Assembly: GCA_016927155.1 (NCBI GenBank)
Contig: JAFGNE010000047.1
Coordinates: 1-30,077 of the forward strand
Length of the DNA: 30,077 nucleotides
From: Candidatus Peregrinibacteria bacterium
GTDB lineage: Bacteria; Patescibacteriota; Gracilibacteria; UM-FILTER-43-11
Reading direction: 5' to 3'
Below, piece after piece: positions 26,493 to 30,077 of the stretch. The first letter of the stretch is position 1; each line of letters begins with the position of its first letter. The notes beneath the pieces were generated by a model. The model worked only from the letters and a program-made list of their open reading frames with translations, did not search any database and was not told where the DNA came from. A program made the translations under genes and the position numbers.

Positions 26493-27046
26493 AAAAATGG
26501 GGTTACTTTATGGGAATCTTCCAAATTTTGCAGAATAAGACGGTACAGGTTTTTTGTCACAGGGTCCTTCAGGCCGGGTTCAAGTTCCACCAACGGCACC
26601 AGTACAAATTGCCTGTTATTCATGTGGCGGTGGGGCACCTGGAGCTCCGGCAAATCGACCACTTCATCGCCATAAAGCAGGATGTCGATGTCGATCCGGC
26701 GGGGTTTCAGCTCTTTTTTATGAGTACGACCCATCGCTTTTTCCACCACTTCACAGGTTTCCAGAAATTCCAAAGGGTTCAAATCCGTTTCGATTTTAAG
26801 CACACGGTTCAGGAACCAGGAATGGCCTTTTTCCGCCGCCGGCTGACCTTCCTGACGGCCGTCGGGCCCGCCCGAACGATCCGAAAATCGTTCGGACCGG
26901 ACGGGGAACCAGGGTTCGGTTTCATAAACCCTGGATGACTGGATAATTTTGATTTTGCCGGTTTCCCCCAGCTTTTTTTCAGCTTCCATAAGGTGTTCAA
27001 GCCTGTCGCCGACGTTGGAACCCAGTGATAAATAAGCCGTGATCAT
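26489..27046 (-). CDS. folK: 6-hydroxymethyl-7,8-dihydropterin pyrophosphokinase with a ~20-aa loop insertion
   Basis: AYLSLGSNVGDR, SRVYETEP, FLNRV, E..MGR, PRRIDIDILLY and PH..M.NRQFVLVPL motifs. Start placed at ATG 27046 (ATGA overlap with the PTPS gene). Confidence 0.93.
   Translation of the reverse strand: MITAYLSLGSNVGDRLEHLMEAEKKLGETGKIKIIQSSRVYETEPWFPVRSERFSDRSGGPDGRQEGQPAAEKGHSWFLNRVLKIETDLNPLEFLETCEVVEKAMGRTHKKELKPRRIDIDILLYGDEVVDLPELQVPHRHMNNRQFVLVPLVELEPGLKDPVTKNLYRLILQNLEDSHKVTPFL
26847..26906. repeat. 60-bp double palindromic insert inside folK
   Basis: CCTT-CCTGACGGCCGTCGGG (26851-26866, perfect core GACGGCCGTC) abuts CCGAACGAT-CCGAAA-ATCGTTCGG (26872-26895). Confidence 0.75.
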
Positions 27047-27396
27047 TTTCCGGTATAAATAGCGAATGAATTGGCGGTTTCCCAGATACGCACTTCGGCC
27101 AACCCTCTGATTTTCGGTTTCAGCTGTTTCCAAACCCACACGCACATGTTTTCCGCGGAAGCGACTTTAATGGTGTCGTTGATAGTGGAATGGTCCAGCT
27201 TATCCACGACCCGCTCATTCACGATTTTTTTGATTTCCATAAAATCCATCACCAGGCCGTCCTTTTTTACAGGCCCTTCCACAATAACGCGGAGCTTATA
27301 GGTGTGGCCATGCATACGTTCGCATTTGCCATGGTAATCGGGCAAATAATGGGCGGCGTCGAACGTAAATTCTTTGGCAATCCGGAGCTTGGGCAT
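27043..27396 (-). CDS. queD: 6-pyruvoyl/6-carboxy-tetrahydropterin synthase family (COG0720), CExxHGH type
   Basis: FDAAH, KCERMHGHTY, DGLVMDF, LDH, SAEN and WETANS motifs. Confidence 0.9.
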   Translation of the reverse strand: MPKLRIAKEFTFDAAHYLPDYHGKCERMHGHTYKLRVIVEGPVKKDGLVMDFMEIKKIVNERVVDKLDHSTINDTIKVASAENMCVWVWKQLKPKIRGLAEVRIWETANSFAIYTGK

Positions 27397-27451
27397 AAAG
27401 ATAAAATTTATCAGGCTTTTATGATACCAATTTAGGCCGGAAAAATCATAC

Positions 27452-27482
27452 TTGACTTAAGCAAAAAAATAGATATTATAAT
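27452..27482 (+). promoter_or_regulatory. Probable sigma70-type promoter for the 27512 ORF
   Basis: TTGACT (27452-27457) with TATTAT at 16 bp or TATAAT at 19 bp spacing. Confidence 0.45.
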
Positions 27483-27511
27483 ACCCTTGTTAAAAAATAA
27501 TCGCCCTCCCC

Positions 27512-27997
27512 ATGTCTAATAAAACTTCTCCAGAAGTCGAATTTCCATCAGATAAGGTTTTGACGAAGATGTCACCTCAGAATTTAGATAAACTGGTTAC
27601 CCAAAAACTCGGTATCCCCCTTGGGCCTGATTTTAAGGATGCCAGCCATGGCTGTAACAAATCCCTCTGGCCGGCGGAATACACCGGAAAAGATGAGGAA
27701 GGGGGACAGTTTTTTTCTGCGGTCAGGGGCGCAACAGGAGAGATATTGCTAGAGCCCACCTTACTCCCCCTAGACATGGCCGATGATATTTTAAGAGACC
27801 CCGGCCAACATACGGAGTCGTTTGAATACGATCCTGACCTTGTTTGCCTGACAGCTCCTTCCCCCGAAGAAATAGCGGTAGCCAATCTGGCTGTGGAAGA
27901 AAAAATCGAGGAAGTCCGCAAACGAAGAAAAATGTCCCGCGAAAGGTTATTGGTTGAAATAGGCCTTACGGATACCCCTCCTAAAAAAACCGATTAG
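27512..27997 (+). CDS. Hypothetical protein (161 aa orphan)
   Basis: ATG-initiated ORF between the PTPS gene and folP, on the opposite strand. No family recognised. Confidence 0.65.
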   Translation: MSNKTSPEVEFPSDKVLTKMSPQNLDKLVTQKLGIPLGPDFKDASHGCNKSLWPAEYTGKDEEGGQFFSAVRGATGEILLEPTLLPLDMADDILRDPGQHTESFEYDPDLVCLTAPSPEEIAVANLAVEEKIEEVRKRRKMSRERLLVEIGLTDTPPKKTD

Positions 27998-28038
27998 ATT
28001 CCTATTATAAATGAGGGGGGTTATTTTGTCTTTTAATA

Positions 28039-28066
28039 TTGACTTTTTTTTATGTTATTATATAAT
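28039..28066 (+). promoter_or_regulatory. sigma70-type promoter for the 28094 ORF
   Basis: TTGACT (28039-28044), 16 bp spacer, TATAAT (28061-28066). Confidence 0.6.
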
Positions 28067-28093
28067 ATAAACATAAAGTAACCCCACAAGGCA

Positions 28094-28408
28094 ATGCCAA
28101 AAAAACCCTATGACGGAATGGATTACAGTAGAGACAGTGTAGAAGGATATGGGATAGATGATACCGGCAATCAAAAACCGGAGATCGGATACGGGGATCT
28201 TGAAACAGACTTACAGCGCGTTGAAGATGAGCCAAATTCGATAAAAAATATCCAAAAACGCAAAGAGCGACAACCTCCTCCTCCTCCTTTTGTTTATACC
28301 CCGCCAGACTCTCCTGTACCGGAATCCAAAGAAACGGATGAAGAGCAGGAATCATGGGAAATCATTAACGGTGTGCGCGTCCGCCTGCCTAAAGCCGGAC
28401 ACGCCTAA
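28094..28408 (+). CDS. Hypothetical acidic, Pro-rich protein (104 aa, probably disordered)
   Basis: ORF behind a consensus promoter, with a PPPPP run. 4-bp convergent overlap with the folP stop. Confidence 0.6.
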   Translation: MPKKPYDGMDYSRDSVEGYGIDDTGNQKPEIGYGDLETDLQRVEDEPNSIKNIQKRKERQPPPPPFVYTPPDSPVPESKETDEEQESWEIINGVRVRLPKAGHA

Positions 28409-29181
28409 AGGGCTTTTTTCATATCGCCCACGTCGTGCACGCGCACGATGGAGGCGCCGTTTTTAATGGCTTTTAAGCTCCATTCCACGGAGGCCGGTCC
28501 GCGGTCTTCAATCAGCCCGCCGAGGAAAGATTTATAAGAAGCGCAGACACAGACGGGGAAGCCGAGCGCCCTGATCTCATCCAGCCTTTCGATCAGTTCA
28601 AAACTGTATTTCGCTTCAGCGGAAACAAACATGCCCATACCGGGATCCACGATGATCTTTTCCCGGGGGAAGCCGCTGTCCAATAAGATTCGGATCCGCT
28701 CCTTCAGAAAATCCTTGACGGTTTTAACGACGTCATCATATTCCACTTTGGCTGTTGTCGTGCGCGGAGTGGGATCTTTGGCGTACATTAAGATGACATA
28801 AGGCTTATGCCTTAAAAGGACACTGAGCATATTCGGGTCTCCCCGCATGGCGGTTACGTCGTTCACGATTTCAAAACCCCGCATGAGGGCGTACTCGGCC
28901 ATGGCGGCCTTGTAAGTGTCGATGGAAAACGGAATTTTTTCCACCAGCTTGGTCGCGCAGGCGTAATCGACAGCAGGCCTTACACGCCTGCCTTCTTCCT
29001 CCAAATCCACATTTTTGGAATTGGGGCCGGTGGATTCGCCGCCGATATCGATGATATCGGCCCCCTGGCGCACCAACTGGGCGATGCGGGATTCGGGGTA
29101 AGCGTTATACCGGCCTCCATCAGAAAAAGAGTCCGGTGTCATGTTCAGGACCCCCATGATGAGCGGCTTTCTGAAATCCAC
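28405..29181 (-). CDS. folP: Dihydropteroate synthase with a Sul-like loop
   Basis: MGVLNMTPDSFSDGG, IIDIGGEST, SIDTYK, VNDVT, VDPG, KSFLG and IVRVHDV motifs. Start placed at GTG 29181, 7 bp after the upstream stop at 29189. Confidence 0.93.
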   Translation of the reverse strand: MDFRKPLIMGVLNMTPDSFSDGGRYNAYPESRIAQLVRQGADIIDIGGESTGPNSKNVDLEEEGRRVRPAVDYACATKLVEKIPFSIDTYKAAMAEYALMRGFEIVNDVTAMRGDPNMLSVLLRHKPYVILMYAKDPTPRTTTAKVEYDDVVKTVKDFLKERIRILLDSGFPREKIIVDPGMGMFVSAEAKYSFELIERLDEIRALGFPVCVCASYKSFLGGLIEDRGPASVEWSLKAIKNGASIVRVHDVGDMKKAL

Positions 29182-29188
29182 GCCCTTA

Positions 29189-30076
29189 TTATAACGAACA
29201 GGCGGCTTTTTTAAAAGCGGCGTAAAGGGGGGCGCCGGGGCCCGTATGGTAATAAGGGTCGCTAAAAATCCGGTGATCCATAATTTCAAAAATTTCCTCG
29301 CGCCGCGCCGACCGCGTGTTGTATTTGTCAAAAGGGCGGTTCTGCGTCATGGCGGAAAACGCGTCCGCGAAACCGGCAATATGGTCCTCGGCCGTCAATT
29401 CGGGATCAAGGCCTTTTAAGCCGCAATATTCCTTAAAAACTTCAACAGGGTAGCCGGCAAGCCGCAGACTGCCATCGGCCAATGTTTGCATTTTCAGATG
29501 GTGGGCAAGGACAATCCTGATGACTTTTTCATCAAACCCAAGCGCGCTGAGGACCAAGGCGCCAAGGCGGGGATGGTCTTCTTTGATCCGGTGTTCCTGT
29601 TCATTGAACCGGATATTTTCATTTAGCATGGGGTCCGTAAAACACAATTTACCGATGTCGTGCAATTCCATGGCAAAAGCGGCTTTTTTGAAATCAACGC
29701 CTCCAAAAGCTCTCGCTCTGGATTTTTTAAAGCCCTGCAGGATTTGTTTAACGTTTATCGAATGCTGGCGCGTGCAGGGTGAACGTTCGCCAAGCATATC
29801 CAGAAGCCGCTCAGCCTTAAAAAATAGAGAAGCATGAGGGGGTATGCGAAGCAGCGCATCAAGATAATAGCCGGTTTTTCCCAAGTTGCCCCGATACAAA
29901 AGGCGCCGGATTTCCAGCCATTCCGGCCGGCTGTTAAACCGTTCCAGCCGCCCACGGAACTGATGGAGGCCGCAAGGGGTAGCGGCGATTTTTGCGCGAG
30001 TGGCAAGGGCTGCATTTTCCCGGCTTCCAGAGGCATGGGCAGGCTTTTCCCGTTTTTCCGGAAGGCCAAAGTTTTC
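29189..30076 (-). CDS. HD-domain (HD-GYP-like) phosphohydrolase, 5'-truncated by the window edge
   Basis: HS..V, LHDIGK, HPRLG, AHH, AGYP and ADAFSAMTQNRPF motifs. The frame stays open from the track start (29899) to the window end. Confidence 0.8.
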   Translation of the reverse strand, partial: ENFGLPEKREKPAHASGSRENAALATRAKIAATPCGLHQFRGRLERFNSRPEWLEIRRLLYRGNLGKTGYYLDALLRIPPHASLFFKAERLLDMLGERSPCTRQHSINVKQILQGFKKSRARAFGGVDFKKAAFAMELHDIGKLCFTDPMLNENIRFNEQEHRIKEDHPRLGALVLSALGFDEKVIRIVLAHHLKMQTLADGSLRLAGYPVEVFKEYCGLKGLDPELTAEDHIAGFADAFSAMTQNRPFDKYNTRSARREEIFEIMDHRIFSDPYYHTGPGAPLYAAFKKAACSL

Positions 30077-30077
30077 C

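Noticed and set aside
26817-26914. 9-bp direct repeat CCTGGTTCC (coding strand) on both sides of the folK insert as a target-site duplication
   Set aside because: Collapsing it would delete the whole HPPK loop (ETEPWFLN). Both copies encode Trp-Phe, so coincidence is likely.
27047-27145. N-terminal extension of FolK in the ORF track
   Set aside because: It lies entirely inside the PTPS gene. The ATGA overlap at 27046 gives the canonical start.
29182-29331. N-terminal extension of FolP in the ORF track
   Set aside because: It overlaps the end of the HD-domain gene. GTG 29181 fits the DHPS N-terminus.
29189-30076. HD protein as the dihydroneopterin triphosphate pyrophosphatase (FolQ substitute)
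   Set aside because: It has HD-GYP-like features, and a PTPS-III-type bypass would make that step unnecessary. Only adjacency supports it.
1-30077. CRISPR array, rRNA, prophage, IS/integrase, or TGA-to-Gly recoding
   Set aside because: No regularly spaced repeats or mobile-element enzymes were seen. Conserved genes end at TGA with ATGA/TGATG overlaps, consistent with genetic code 11.

Overview
30 kb of bacterial chromosome, most consistent with a CPR/Patescibacteria (Peregrinibacteria-like) genome. This is inferred from the VirD4/TraG-like ATPase, type-B L31 with a Lys/Ala/Pro tail, almost no Shine-Dalgarno motifs, and TGA used as a stop. Housekeeping content: gyrA, typA, rpmE(B), tRNA-Ser(TGA), an RluA-type synthase, an EndoQ + UvrD-like repair pair, a feoAB/VIT/NifX/permease metal cassette, and a folate cluster (folP, PTPS, folK, folE). 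Several AT-richer orphan ORFs carry their own near-consensus sigma70 promoters. No CRISPR array, rRNA, transposase or integrase was seen. Most notable: (1) a TrpR/YerC-family gene whose own 3' end (its only two His codons) forms a complete protector/antiterminator/terminator attenuator, with an operator-like palindrome upstream and an unlisted 57-aa Cys-rich ORF downstream instead of a his operon. (2) Short palindromic elements inserted in frame in proteins (two opposite-orientation copies in the helicase, a 60-bp double palindrome in folK), plus related hairpins after the tRNA. (3) A Sul-like loop in FolP with a CExxHGH PTPS suggesting a FolB bypass. All family assignments come from motif recognition, not database searches.
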